Positions 50,801 through 60,557 are shown, counted from the stretch's first letter. The stretch is 64,000 nucleotides of DNA from Elusimicrobia bacterium RIFCSPLOWO2_02_FULL_39_32 (GCA_001800135.1 MGUU01000002.1:2388-66387), one strand, 5' to 3'. Notes: generated by a model not told the origin, from the sequence alone. A program made the numbers and translations.

Positions 50801-53800
50801 CTGCACCACGAGCTTCCGCTTCAAACTCAAGCTTTTTGTTGACTTCTTTAACAAATGAAATTCCAGCTGCCCGTGCCTCTACAGGAAAATGGTTTACCAT
50901 TCGCACTGTTGCATCCGTGTTGTGACTTTCTATCGCCTCATTAATATAAGCTGCAGGATGACCTAATGCGTTAAGAAGTCGTTCAATAAATTTGTCCTGA
51001 TCTTCAGGAATCGGCTGTGAACCAGAATAATAACTGCTCTCCTCTGGATAGAAACGGCTGTTGGGTAACATAAAGACAATCTTTTTATTTTGATATACCT
51101 TACGCGCAGATTCAATGGCAGCGGGAATTGCGTCAATATCTTCTGGAAGCATAACGATTCCAGCGTCAATGCCTATTTCCATCATACGCTTTTCGGCTAT
51201 TGGAAGCACTCTTCTTTCAACATCAAACTTCTCTCGCGTAACGGAATCATCAAGCTCTTCTTTACTGGGTCGTCCAAGATGGGTACAGATAAAAAGTTCG
51301 TCAAATTTTTCTAAGGCACTTTTAACGGTTTCCACAGTCTGCACGATCTTTGTATCCCCATCTCCCGGATCCTCTCCAATATCCCAGTTAATCTTGAGAA
51401 ATGCAGATATCCCATCAGGTAAATCCTCTATGGTTCGTATTGCCCCGGACTGATCAGATGATGTAAGAAAAATCTTTTCTGATTCTGGAGCTGGAGACGG
51501 TTCGTATGCGTCACCTCCGCCACTGCTTGTGCCAGATATTTGATGAGGACCATGATCCTTTGGTAAATTCTTGTCTAACCCCCGACTCTTTATTTCATTC
51601 TGATAATTCATCCGCCCTAAAGTGAGCGCCATGGAAATCTTAAGATTGACATCTTTTGTTTCATTCAGCCATTCAATAAGCATATCCTTATTGAATAAAT
51701 AATTCCCGCGTTCCGTTTGTATAACTTCAAATTCATCCCACGCGGGCACAATATTTCGTACTTCTAAAACTTGATCTTCACGATCCTTGAATAATTTTTC
51801 AGATTCATGGATGATGGACTCTTCAATGGATTCACCCTTAGTCTTAGCCAAAAATTCTGGACCCCACTTAGGTTTTACAAGTTCCTTAGCGGAAATTTTT
51901 CCGGTTTCCGCTAGATTTAAATTGTTATCTGCGGCATTAGCAGTGCTATTTTCTTGAAACCGCCTCATGAGATACTTGAGCGCCTTCTCGATTCCTCCCT
52001 TGATGACAAAAGGCACATAAGAATAGACGCGGGGAAGAGCCTTATCTTCTCCCCAAAAAAATCTAAAAATTTCCTGAAGAGCTCGTTTCAAATTTTCCGT
52101 CATTCCAAACAAGGATTGAAATTCCAAATGTTGTGGATCCACATCCAATTTCTTTGCCCACAATAGAGCGCTTACAATAGTTCTCGCATCATGACTGGCG
52201 ATCCCGATTCTTTGGATGAGTTTATGTTTTCTAAATAATAGTCGCACTATTTCCAAATAGTTTTCGTCGGTTTTCCAATTTCCCATCCAAACAGGAATTG
52301 GATCACCACGCTCTTCTGCATCGCGAACCTCCTGCGAATGATAAGCTCCCTTAACAGGACGGATGGCGATAGGCATTGGATCCTCAGGATCCTTTTCCAT
52401 CCAGTTTATGAGCCCCTCAACTTCAGCCAATGAATCTACAAAATAGGCTTGTACCACCATCCCGACGTCCGGAATACGCCTGCCGTTTTCTCGCACCATC
52501 TTCAAATTTGGATCTAACTGATTTTCAAGCTCTTCCAGAACAGTCTGGATTACTTCATTAGCAACATCACGATAAATGTACTCTTCTTTATCAACCCAGA
52601 CAATTGCTCCCATCTGTCCTGCTCTTTTAACTTCACGCACTTTTGCCACTATCTTTTTGTAATTCTGAACAGCCAAATTGAATCCTTCTCTTCTCACAGA
52701 TTCAACTTCACTATCCAGCCAACTTTGCGGTGTAAGATTAGTTACCTTTGAGGAAATATTAGGTTCTAGACCATAGGACGCCATTTTTTCAATAAGATCC
52801 ACACAAGCTTGAGCATTTTCCATAGCTTCTTGTTCCGTATGAATTCCTTCACCCAAAATGTCTGCTATAGATAAAACAGGTCTGGACTCGGACTTCCCAT
52901 CTCTTACAACCCGTATCCCTTTAGCCGCCATTTCTCGTATAACTTTTTCTACCGCCTTTTCTTGTGAGAGATTTTTCATGGATTTAAGTGCTTCATCCTC
53001 AGTGTCTCCCACAATATACTGCGCTGTCATAAAAAACAATAACTTGCGCAGCCATTCCTTAAAAATTTCCGGTGTCCTATCAGACTGGATGATTTTATCA
53101 GCCAAATCTACACTCCCAGTTAAGAGTTTTGCAAACCAAGGGGTGGGGTACATTTTTAAAATGAACTTTGTGATTCCGTTTCTTAAGAGCTCTAGTACAT
53201 TTAAGTTCCGTTCTCTTTCTTGTCGGATTAATTTGGATGCTTCCACGAGTCTTTCTGTCTCACGAACGATTTCAGACTCCGGTATTCCCCATCCGCTATT
53301 ATCCTCTTCTATCTCGTCTCCATTTTGGAAATGCGTTTGGGGTTTACTAGGTTGAAAACGGGGACGTTTCACATTTCCCTCTAAATTAGAAACGTCCTTG
53401 TTTTTCCTTAATATGTCACTCAAGTCTGTTGGGCCCAGAGCAAAAAATAGATTGGCGAGGATCGCCGCAACTGCTGTAGGTATGGTTAGCCAGTGAAATC
53501 CAGCCACTGCAAAGATGGCCACAGCCGCAACTAAATTTGCATAAATGCCTGAACTTCCATGAGCTCCCGGAACTGTTAAGCGAAAACCCAAAACCTTTTG
53601 CAAACCCGGCGGCCAATCATCAAAAGCAATCACGCCTTTTGTGTCAAACTTGGGCCAACTCCATTCTTTAAATGGTTTTTTCCAGTTGACCTCAATCATG
53701 TGGCCAACCTCATTGATAACAATGGCAAGAAAAACAGCGGAAATTGCGCTGCCCCAAAGAGAATTAGCGTCAACTACAATGCCGAAAAATCCTGCTAAAA

Positions 53801-55196
53801 CGATCGCGGATAGATAAGTAACGACTGGAACAACAAATGGAAGAGCAATTAGATCGCTCGCATTTTCCAAATGAGCTTTGTCCGGATCATATTCGCCGAT
53901 CACTCTCATATTGACCCGTGTGGGATCTACTAAGATTTCTGATAATTTATCATGGGATCCTTTAGAGTAAAGATATTCTTTTACAATTCCTCTAATCCCC
54001 CATTTCTCTATATCAAGCGATTTAAAAGTTTCATTAAACGATATGAGTTCGAACAAATGCTGGATTGGATCCCAAGCTAACCAAGTAACCGGGGCGGGAG
54101 GATTACTTTTTTCATCGAACCATTGCCGACGAAAATGCTCTACAACCCTTTCCCTCCCAATTTTCAATACTTCTTTTAGCGATCCATAAAAGGTTCTTTC
54201 TAATATTTGCCCTGGCACAAGAGGGTGTCTCCTACTCCCAAAATGGTAAGCCACAACTCTTTCCCCACGATACAAGCGATTAAGCAATTCCTCTTCTGAT
54301 TTAATCTCTTCCATTCTAATTAATGGAGCGCTGGCAAGTGATTCCTGGGGTATGGATTTAAGAGATAGTTCGACTTCATAAAGATACGCCGCTTTAAATG
54401 CCCGCGGATAAAAAAATATAGAACGTGCCCGTGAGAGAGGAGTTCTCACATTAGGTGAAAGTTCTGGAGACATGTTAGAATTAAGTGAGGTGTCTCCAAT
54501 CTTTCTACCGCCTGACTTGCCATCTTTCTTTCTTCCAGACATTGCGGATAAATGTGGACTTAAAACATTATCTTTTTTCTGTCTAAAGATGTTGGCTAAT
54601 GAGGAGGTTTTGGATCGGCTCTTCCTATTCATGGTCATTGCAACATAGAACTTACGCGCTTTTTTAACGCGTCGGTTCATGAGATTAGATAAATCAATGT
54701 TAACAGGTATAAGAGACGGGGTTTTCAAAAAAATCTGTCTCAAAAGTTCTAAGCTGTCTTCCCAATCTTGAGAGATCTTCTCTTCAACTTTGTAATAGCA
54801 TTGTACCGCGTAATCTAAAACTGTTTCAAAAATCTTCACTGATTTTTCACGGATCAGATCAAATTCCTCTTTTGCATTATTCAGAATAGAGTTAGAAAAT
54901 CCCATATTTCGGTCTAATGGCTGGAGATTAGAATTTTGAGGAATATATTTGTTAAGCACTACTTGCTGTTCCGTCGGTGATTTTACAGAAAGAGGTCTTC
55001 CCCGAAATTGAAAACTCTCGGCTTTGGAGGAAGAAGTTTGTTTGGCTTGGGCAAAGGGCGGGAGGATAATAGAAATCAACAAAGCGCCGACAACGACGAG
55101 CGCGGTGCTCTGTTTAAAAAACCTGATGATTTTTTTATTCCAAAAGTTGTGCATATCACGAACGCGCATTACGCGTATATAAAAATAATTATACAA
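47847..55196 (-). CDS. Giant (2449 aa) multidomain protein. Domain order: signal peptide, Ser/Lys-rich low complexity, TM bundle, proline-dehydrogenase-like TIM barrel, phosphoglycerate-kinase-like domain, HAD phosphatase, TM segments, C-terminal domain.
   Basis: Uninterrupted ORF. Signal peptide MHNFWNKKIIRFFKQSTALVVVGALLISIILPPFAQA, so the probable start is the internal ATG near 55154. PRODH signatures: RPVKGAY and YVPFVIKGGIEKALKYLMRRFQEN. PGK-like motifs: ICTHLGRPSKEE, NSRFYPEE, IANGGTGVFER, GGDMLKAV. HAD motif I: LILFDLDGTLY, followed by the YVGND motif. Confidence 0.8.
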   Translation of the reverse strand: MYNYFYIRVMRVRDMHNFWNKKIIRFFKQSTALVVVGALLISIILPPFAQAKQTSSSKAESFQFRGRPLSVKSPTEQQVVLNKYIPQNSNLQPLDRNMGFSNSILNNAKEEFDLIREKSVKIFETVLDYAVQCYYKVEEKISQDWEDSLELLRQIFLKTPSLIPVNIDLSNLMNRRVKKARKFYVAMTMNRKSRSKTSSLANIFRQKKDNVLSPHLSAMSGRKKDGKSGGRKIGDTSLNSNMSPELSPNVRTPLSRARSIFFYPRAFKAAYLYEVELSLKSIPQESLASAPLIRMEEIKSEEELLNRLYRGERVVAYHFGSRRHPLVPGQILERTFYGSLKEVLKIGRERVVEHFRRQWFDEKSNPPAPVTWLAWDPIQHLFELISFNETFKSLDIEKWGIRGIVKEYLYSKGSHDKLSEILVDPTRVNMRVIGEYDPDKAHLENASDLIALPFVVPVVTYLSAIVLAGFFGIVVDANSLWGSAISAVFLAIVINEVGHMIEVNWKKPFKEWSWPKFDTKGVIAFDDWPPGLQKVLGFRLTVPGAHGSSGIYANLVAAVAIFAVAGFHWLTIPTAVAAILANLFFALGPTDLSDILRKNKDVSNLEGNVKRPRFQPSKPQTHFQNGDEIEEDNSGWGIPESEIVRETERLVEASKLIRQERERNLNVLELLRNGITKFILKMYPTPWFAKLLTGSVDLADKIIQSDRTPEIFKEWLRKLLFFMTAQYIVGDTEDEALKSMKNLSQEKAVEKVIREMAAKGIRVVRDGKSESRPVLSIADILGEGIHTEQEAMENAQACVDLIEKMASYGLEPNISSKVTNLTPQSWLDSEVESVRREGFNLAVQNYKKIVAKVREVKRAGQMGAIVWVDKEEYIYRDVANEVIQTVLEELENQLDPNLKMVRENGRRIPDVGMVVQAYFVDSLAEVEGLINWMEKDPEDPMPIAIRPVKGAYHSQEVRDAEERGDPIPVWMGNWKTDENYLEIVRLLFRKHKLIQRIGIASHDARTIVSALLWAKKLDVDPQHLEFQSLFGMTENLKRALQEIFRFFWGEDKALPRVYSYVPFVIKGGIEKALKYLMRRFQENSTANAADNNLNLAETGKISAKELVKPKWGPEFLAKTKGESIEESIIHESEKLFKDREDQVLEVRNIVPAWDEFEVIQTERGNYLFNKDMLIEWLNETKDVNLKISMALTLGRMNYQNEIKSRGLDKNLPKDHGPHQISGTSSGGGDAYEPSPAPESEKIFLTSSDQSGAIRTIEDLPDGISAFLKINWDIGEDPGDGDTKIVQTVETVKSALEKFDELFICTHLGRPSKEELDDSVTREKFDVERRVLPIAEKRMMEIGIDAGIVMLPEDIDAIPAAIESARKVYQNKKIVFMLPNSRFYPEESSYYSGSQPIPEDQDKFIERLLNALGHPAAYINEAIESHNTDATVRMVNHFPVEARAAGISFVKEVNKKLEFEAEARGAGLIIWGGTKPDKIYKHLLKYVSSGQQHAGDIMVVVGALAYPFLKQADQSIGKSRLPKGEAALKVEKAISKIRERAQENDMKLLLPIDHRVIVRDEDTAELVDRIGIEQKAIDIGSKTLDVILVEIDKIIERHKNNGDGWIIANGGTGVFERNDGRTATRQLLEKLEKARGAGVPVFLVGGDMLKAVNEVREKDWGGRELNPAIQRTTAGGTILASLADGISNHPPVRALLKESKTKAQGQVQDRTDTHSSSNEKIKLILFDLDGTLYHAPEFEAMYREALVRTYAERNNVSIETAREVIQNKSDELSNKGAVSSNQLSLEFSISWGGKEIGELKHMPFDLIKPNPKLKEFLDHLKQQGYTLAIATNSGKEVVKRILQIIGIEECFDPSLLITRDRVKASKPEPIFYERVLAALGVSPSQIVYVGNDYLKDVEPAENLGVWSFRTLGPDGLNDLETKIHEIDEAIKYGRRSPLPISVVEKSGNIVDVGRRLTESAIPDQNEKITILIHANDNTHTFSFNVPSRLLSWEMRILARFFADVINNVVMTQRVSSVDIYTPQNDLYSKICDEIKNSYPHAAFLVESVRIQQILGEFPSNHADDFSGGGNWLWLYKLLRKHFFPDLTLEEYNRKWALLEDVISFGLSALSIGLLTYILTGSNFQVALQVSFFSSVRVFVEGHKEWIANRFDSRAPPQFLESAKKIARINLLLGIIQLIIPVPFWISFPLLLAASVIVHYLTNVSKTFAGIERGINPNLQGIVQVAQALGDSTDKIKELLLQTEFSYSSALDKVFQFWSAEVNQIEICLIDFKSAKTENDRLLQLRTIQQIEEEKKKHPFKKVQYLFVNKNGAAIGEIEKALGIRGRIAILESAEEAVIELKRIAMIESFSLRIVTTEKSSMVWTNLLGKEAQEWNIKILIPQVLDISEEVSLSLIEMGARNSGLRDWAEGLKGERGVEIIGDRLTIQGVPLEPPSKDEEQKISQLYKQQA

Positions 55197-55374
55197 CGGA
55201 AGGGGCTATCGGCGTCTCAAACTTTTTGTAACAAATTTGCAACAATTTTGTAAAGTTTCAAAACTCCAAAAACTAAAATTGTATATCCAGCCAATTCTAG
55301 AACCAAAAAGCGACATCAGTTAATTGCAGGGTCAACCATCGCTTAAGCCATTTGTGATAGAATATCGCAATGCT

Positions 55375-55959
55375 ATGAATAGGTTTGGCGAGGCGCGTTA
55401 TTTAAAGTCCATATATAATCCTATGGAACTTGGGGATTGTGAGGCTGAAGTGGCTTTTGTGGGACGGTCTAATGTAGGGAAAAGTACTGTCTTGAACGTG
55501 ATTTGCGGCAATAAAAATCTTGCGCGGACTTCCCAGACCCCTGGGATGACCCGTACGATCAATGTGTTTCTTATTGGTAAAAATAAATGGATCGTTGATC
55601 TGCCGGGATACGGATTTGCGGCGGGGCCAAAAAATGATCTGCATAAATTTAAAGAAATGATTAAAGGTTATCTGCTAAGCCGTCCAACATTGCGCATGGC
55701 GCTCATGCTGGTGGATGGGAATGTCGGCGTTACTAAACTTGACGAACATATGGCTATGTGGCTCCAGCTCAATAATATTCCTTATTATGTCATTGTAAAC
55801 AAATGCGACAAGATCAATTCTTCTAAACAGCAGAATCGCCGTATGGAAATAGCCCATAAACTAGGGATGACTCCTGAAAAACTACGTTGGGTAAGCGCTG
55901 AAAATGGTATGGGAATGAGCGCGCTTAGAAATGAAATTGCGGAACTACTTGAGCTTTAA
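55375..55959 (+). CDS. engB: Ribosome biogenesis GTP-binding protein YihA/EngB
   Basis: G1 GRSNVGKST, G3 DLPG, G4 NKCD. The track ORF starts at a TTG at 55324. The ATG at 55375 is chosen. Confidence 0.85.
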   Translation: MNRFGEARYLKSIYNPMELGDCEAEVAFVGRSNVGKSTVLNVICGNKNLARTSQTPGMTRTINVFLIGKNKWIVDLPGYGFAAGPKNDLHKFKEMIKGYLLSRPTLRMALMLVDGNVGVTKLDEHMAMWLQLNNIPYYVIVNKCDKINSSKQQNRRMEIAHKLGMTPEKLRWVSAENGMGMSALRNEIAELLEL

Positions 55960-55974
55960 TTAAAAAAAAGGATT

Positions 55975-57795
55975 ATGAAAAATCAAATTCTTGAAACATT
56001 GACAAAATACTGGGGATATACCAGCTTCCGCTTGTTTCAGGAAGAGGCCATTCTCTCTATCCTTGAGGATCGGGACACTCTTACCGTACTGCCCACGGGC
56101 GGAGGAAAGTCTGTCTGTTTCCAACTGCCAGCGCTTATTTCCGATGGGACGGCTGTTATTATTTCCCCTCTAATATCGCTAATGAAAGACCAAGTGGATT
56201 ATCTAAAAGATTTAGGGATTGACGCTGAATGCCTAAACTCCAGCCTCTCCTCTTCAGATCAATTCACAGTGATTGAAAAAATCAGGGCAGGAGGATTAAA
56301 ACTTCTTTATCTGTCGCCGGAACGACTGATGTTTGAGCAGACCACAGAACTTCTTAAAAGTGTTAAACTTTCATTCTTTGTGATTGATGAAGCGCACTGC
56401 ATTAGCCATTGGGGACACAATTTCCGCGAAGAATATCGGCAATTAGGATTCATCAAAAAAGAATTTAAAAATATTGGAGTCCATGCTTTTACCGCCACTG
56501 CCACGCTTGAGGTGCAACAGGATATTGTAAAGCAGTTGAATCTGGACGCGCCCCATCTGTATATCGGAAATATTGATCGTCCCAATCTAAACTATCGCAT
56601 TTTGCCGCGTTCAAGCCATCTCCTCGGACAGATTGTAGAGGTCATAAAAAAACATCCGAATGATCCGGGGATAATCTATTGTCTTAGGCGCGCGGATGTT
56701 GACGAACTCTCAAAAAAACTTAACGACATCGGCTACCAAAACCTGCCTTACCATGCCGGACTTTCAGATGAGGAACGCAAAAAAAATCAGGACGAATTTT
56801 CTTCAGAAAGAATTAACATTATCGTGGCAACCATTGCTTTTGGGATGGGAGTTGACTGCTCAAATATTCGCTACGTCATACATTCTGCCATGCCTAAATC
56901 AATAGAACACTATCAGCAAGAAACAGGCCGCGCCGGTCGAGATGGTCTAAGCGCGGACTGCACTCTCTTTTATTCCGGCGGTGATTACCGAACATGGGAA
57001 ACTATGCTGCGCGACTCATCCGACAAGGAAATGCTTCTTTCAAAACTAAAGGCGATGTACAACTTTTGCGTAAGGCCTGAATGCAGACACCGAACCCTTG
57101 TCAACTACTTTTCGCATACATATGAAAATAATAATTGCGGGGCCTGCGATGTTTGTCTGGGCGAGGTGGAGATGGTGCAAGAGCCGCTCGTCATTGGACA
57201 AAAAATCATTTCTTGTGTAGCGCGAGTACAGCAAAGGTTCGGCGCGGACCATATATCAGATATCCTGAAAGGGAACCGCACCGCATCCATCGAGAGATGG
57301 GGACACGAAAAACTTTCAACATTCTCCCTGATGAACTCTGAAACAAAAGTTTTCATTCGGTTCATGATCGAACAGCTTCTTGGTCAGGGTTTTCTGCGTC
57401 GGGAAGGTGAATACTTAACAATTGCCATCACCGGGTTAGGACAAAACCTTCTTAAAGGTGAAGCGGTTCCCGTGCTGGCAAAACCAATTGTGGCAGTAAA
57501 AAAGAAAGAAATAGAAATAAAGCGCAGATCAAAGCGCACCCAGGAATGGGAAGGATTGGATGAAAAACTTTTTAACGCATTGCGCGCCAAACGCGCGGAA
57601 CTCGCGCAGAGCAAAAGCGTTCCCGCCTATATCATATTTAGCGATAAAACCCTCAAAGATATGACCCTGACCAGTCCAAAAACCATTGAGCAATTCGCCA
57701 ACGTATTCGGCGTAGGCGCTACCAAACAAAAACAATATGGCCAAATATTTATTGACGTCATCAAAAAATATGAAGGGACTAATGGTCAGGGTTAA
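55975..57795 (+). CDS. recQ: ATP-dependent DNA helicase RecQ
   Basis: DEAH motif, RecQ zinc-binding cysteines, RQC and HRDC domains. Confidence 0.9.
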   Translation: MKNQILETLTKYWGYTSFRLFQEEAILSILEDRDTLTVLPTGGGKSVCFQLPALISDGTAVIISPLISLMKDQVDYLKDLGIDAECLNSSLSSSDQFTVIEKIRAGGLKLLYLSPERLMFEQTTELLKSVKLSFFVIDEAHCISHWGHNFREEYRQLGFIKKEFKNIGVHAFTATATLEVQQDIVKQLNLDAPHLYIGNIDRPNLNYRILPRSSHLLGQIVEVIKKHPNDPGIIYCLRRADVDELSKKLNDIGYQNLPYHAGLSDEERKKNQDEFSSERINIIVATIAFGMGVDCSNIRYVIHSAMPKSIEHYQQETGRAGRDGLSADCTLFYSGGDYRTWETMLRDSSDKEMLLSKLKAMYNFCVRPECRHRTLVNYFSHTYENNNCGACDVCLGEVEMVQEPLVIGQKIISCVARVQQRFGADHISDILKGNRTASIERWGHEKLSTFSLMNSETKVFIRFMIEQLLGQGFLRREGEYLTIAITGLGQNLLKGEAVPVLAKPIVAVKKKEIEIKRRSKRTQEWEGLDEKLFNALRAKRAELAQSKSVPAYIIFSDKTLKDMTLTSPKTIEQFANVFGVGATKQKQYGQIFIDVIKKYEGTNGQG

Positions 57796-57817
57796 TTTGA
57801 TTTAGATGATGAACTCA

Positions 57818-59041
57818 TTAAAAATAAATTAATGTTTCATTCGGATGATCCAGAGAAAGAAAGAGCAGCATGTATTCCCTTAGATGGCGGGTAAGAAGAA
57901 AGTTATTCCGCACCTGTTCCCTTCCGTTATCCCCAAGTTTTTTTGCGTACTCTGGATTTTGCAGAAGCTGTTTTAGCCAGTGAGCGGTCCCTTCAATAGA
58001 GTGCGTCAGAATGCCAGAATATTTGTGGGTAATTTGTAAGGGAATGCCTCCTACAGAGCTGGCTATAACTGGTTTCCCTTTCCAAAGCGCTTCCGAGACT
58101 GTAAGTCCAAAACCTTCTTTGAGCGATTTCTGTAAAATAACTGTGGATGCTCGTTGTAACGCGTTGATCTCAATATGACTAGTAGGAGGCAAACAAAGAA
58201 TATGAATGTCGGGATCTTCTCCTGCTTTTTGACGCACCTCCGCCAGCACTTTAACTCCCTCAGGATCATCATCCGCTGAACCGCCTGCTAGCACAAGCTG
58301 ACAATTCACATATTGTTTTACAAGTTTGTATGCCTCAATCACTCCTACAGGGTCTTTAAGATAATCAAACCTAGAAATTTGTGTGACAATGGGACGCTCC
58401 GCGTCAATTTTAAAACGAGAAAGAACCTCATCTATTGTTTGTCGCGGCAATTCCTTATTTTTATCGCTTAAAGGATCAATAGAAGGCGGGATCAACATCT
58501 GCCGATGGAGAAGTCCCTGAGTGAACGAGGGGGCGGAAAAAACCGAGGCATCATATTGTTCAATCATCGGCTTTAAAAAATTCCAAAGATTTTCGTCTCT
58601 TTGCGAAAGATCAATGTGGCATCTCCAAATCCAGCGGTTTTTATATTTGTTTCTTTCAAGCACCAAAGCAGCGGGTTGAGGGTCGTGGATAAAGAGGATG
58701 TCCGCATCCAACGATAAACTTAAGACATTATCCCGAACCGTATCCAAATACAATTCAAAATCTTCTTTACTCAACTGTTCTTTTTTCCCATGCAAGGCAT
58801 TATGAAACTTTTTAGTAATGATAAAAAACTTCTCCCCGCCTTTAATGCATTCCCACCGAACATTCACACCCATATCTTTTAAAAGCGGAACCATCCGGTT
58901 TAAAATCTCAGCCACTCCTCCTCCTATGGAGGTTGAATTAATATTGACAATGGATTTGCCTCTTAATTTTTCTGAGATCAATCTCAATTCCGATATTTCA
59001 TTTTCCCCTACGATGGAAATATAATCATCCAGATTAAACAC
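57818..59041 (-). CDS. treT: Trehalose glycosyltransferring synthase (TreT, GT4)
   Basis: Strong match to archaeal TreT. Motifs VNSTSIGGGVAEIL, HDPQPAAL, WRCHIDLS, PPSIDPLS and EGFGLTVSEALWKGKPVIAS. Confidence 0.8.
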   Translation of the reverse strand: MFNLDDYISIVGENEISELRLISEKLRGKSIVNINSTSIGGGVAEILNRMVPLLKDMGVNVRWECIKGGEKFFIITKKFHNALHGKKEQLSKEDFELYLDTVRDNVLSLSLDADILFIHDPQPAALVLERNKYKNRWIWRCHIDLSQRDENLWNFLKPMIEQYDASVFSAPSFTQGLLHRQMLIPPSIDPLSDKNKELPRQTIDEVLSRFKIDAERPIVTQISRFDYLKDPVGVIEAYKLVKQYVNCQLVLAGGSADDDPEGVKVLAEVRQKAGEDPDIHILCLPPTSHIEINALQRASTVILQKSLKEGFGLTVSEALWKGKPVIASSVGGIPLQITHKYSGILTHSIEGTAHWLKQLLQNPEYAKKLGDNGREQVRNNFLLTRHLREYMLLFLSLDHPNETLIYF

Positions 59042-59708
59042 GCATCATCTCCTGTATTCTTCTTTCAACAAGATGAATCACTTGCTGTCTTAATCCTTCC
59101 AAAGTGTGCGTGTAGGGGTCCATTTTAGCAACATCTTTGGCGAGCTTAGTTTCTCCCAAAGCAGTTTCAAACCAATTGGAAAAATCATTGATCCCAAGAG
59201 GCGGACGAATTCTCGCTTCAAAAATATGGTGATAAAGAGAATTGATGCTTACTTTTTTTAGCGCTTTGGCAAATTCACTTAAATTCCACGCCTCATAAGG
59301 CGTTGGCAACACAAAGCTGATAGATTGCTTAAAGTAAAATTCATCTCCTTCAGGCGCATCATGGTAATTGTTATATGAAATAAGATGGTTCTCAATCGTT
59401 TGAATGATTTTCTCTCTAATGTCTCGAATAGTCGGAAAACGGATGGTGTCTATCGCAAATAGCTTTTCCGCCAATTTTTCATCCTGCAAGGCAGTGTCCA
59501 CCCAATAGGCAAAATCGTTGGGGGGCTCAGGCGATAAGAACTGATGCTGTTTTAGAAATCGGTGGGTGTGATGATAAATTACCGAACCTGGGACTTCCTT
59601 TAGACAGCTGAGAAGTTCATGGATATTTTTTGCTTTCCAATGAGTAATTTGAGTAATGCTAATTTGGGTTACAAATCTAAATGGCGCGCTTGCCATTTTA
59701 AGTTCCAT
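59034..59708 (-). CDS. Hypothetical protein (tandem ~90-aa repeats) between treT and otsB
   Basis: Overlaps treT by 8 nt. Internal duplication (FAYWVDTALQDEKLAEKLFAIDT / FSNWFETALGETKLAKDVAKMDP). Confidence 0.45.
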   Translation of the reverse strand: MELKMASAPFRFVTQISITQITHWKAKNIHELLSCLKEVPGSVIYHHTHRFLKQHQFLSPEPPNDFAYWVDTALQDEKLAEKLFAIDTIRFPTIRDIREKIIQTIENHLISYNNYHDAPEGDEFYFKQSISFVLPTPYEAWNLSEFAKALKKVSINSLYHHIFEARIRPPLGINDFSNWFETALGETKLAKDVAKMDPYTHTLEGLRQQVIHLVERRIQEMMRV

Positions 59709-59709
59709 T

Positions 59710-60546
59710 TTAACTCCCTATCTGGAATTGTTGCTTACCTGTATTTGCCAATGTAACTAAAAATTTTTCAACCTCAGGAACATTTTTTAAAAAATATTGA
59801 GCAGCAGAGCTTTTCTTTCGACCCACTCGAATGGAGACTCCTTTAGAAGCAAGCGCCTTAAACGCCGATTCATCAGTAACGTCGTCCCCAATAAAGATTG
59901 GGAAGGTTTCTTTAGGATGCCGAGCTAAAATCCATTTTACTGCCTTTCCTTTGTCCCAAAGGATGGGAGGGAGCACTTCCCATCCTTTTTTTATCTCTAA
60001 AACGTGAATCTTTTGACCCTTAACCCAAGGATCAATTCGCTCAAAAAATTCTGTCTTAATTCTTGAATACAAACTCGGATTTGTCAACCTGTAATGATAA
60101 GCAAGTGAAATTTTTTTATCTTCAAGAAAGGAGCCAGGGAATTTTTCTTGGAGAGGTTTAAGCTCTTGTTTCATCTCTTTAATTCTGTATTTAAATCCCT
60201 CAGCGAGATTGTACCGATCCTTTAATTTCGGACTCCATAACTGAAGACCATGGTTTCCCCCAATGATTACTTTTTTCAAGCCTAGCAAACGCTTTATCTG
60301 TTGTACAGATCTTCCCGTAATAATCCCAATGGTAAATCGTGAATTTTTTGTCAACGCTTTTAAAACAGTTTGGGTGGAACTCTTTAACCGCGCCTCTTGC
60401 GGTGTGGACACAATTGGAGATAAAGTTCCATCATAGTCCAGTAAAAGCAAAATATGGGAAGAGCATTGAATCTTCTCGACAATTTTTTTTTGAAGAGAAG
60501 CGCTAAAATAGCGCATTTTTAGCTTAACTCTATAAACCAAAAACAA
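59710..60546 (-). CDS. otsB: Trehalose-6-phosphate phosphatase (HAD-IIB)
   Basis: LLLLDYDGTLSP motif I. GDDVTDE. Confidence 0.85.
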   Translation of the reverse strand: MFLVYRVKLKMRYFSASLQKKIVEKIQCSSHILLLLDYDGTLSPIVSTPQEARLKSSTQTVLKALTKNSRFTIGIITGRSVQQIKRLLGLKKVIIGGNHGLQLWSPKLKDRYNLAEGFKYRIKEMKQELKPLQEKFPGSFLEDKKISLAYHYRLTNPSLYSRIKTEFFERIDPWVKGQKIHVLEIKKGWEVLPPILWDKGKAVKWILARHPKETFPIFIGDDVTDESAFKALASKGVSIRVGRKKSSAAQYFLKNVPEVEKFLVTLANTGKQQFQIGS

Positions 60547-60557
60547 TGAAAATAGAG

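Noticed and set aside
50251-53798. Multiple 60-165-aa ORFs on the plus strand inside the giant minus-strand gene (e.g. 50251..50541, 52858..53355). Similar antisense ORFs occur inside gatB, eno, macB, otsA and others.
   Set aside because: They lie fully within and antisense to long, domain-rich genes. They have no RBS and low-complexity composition. They are treated as chance ORFs.
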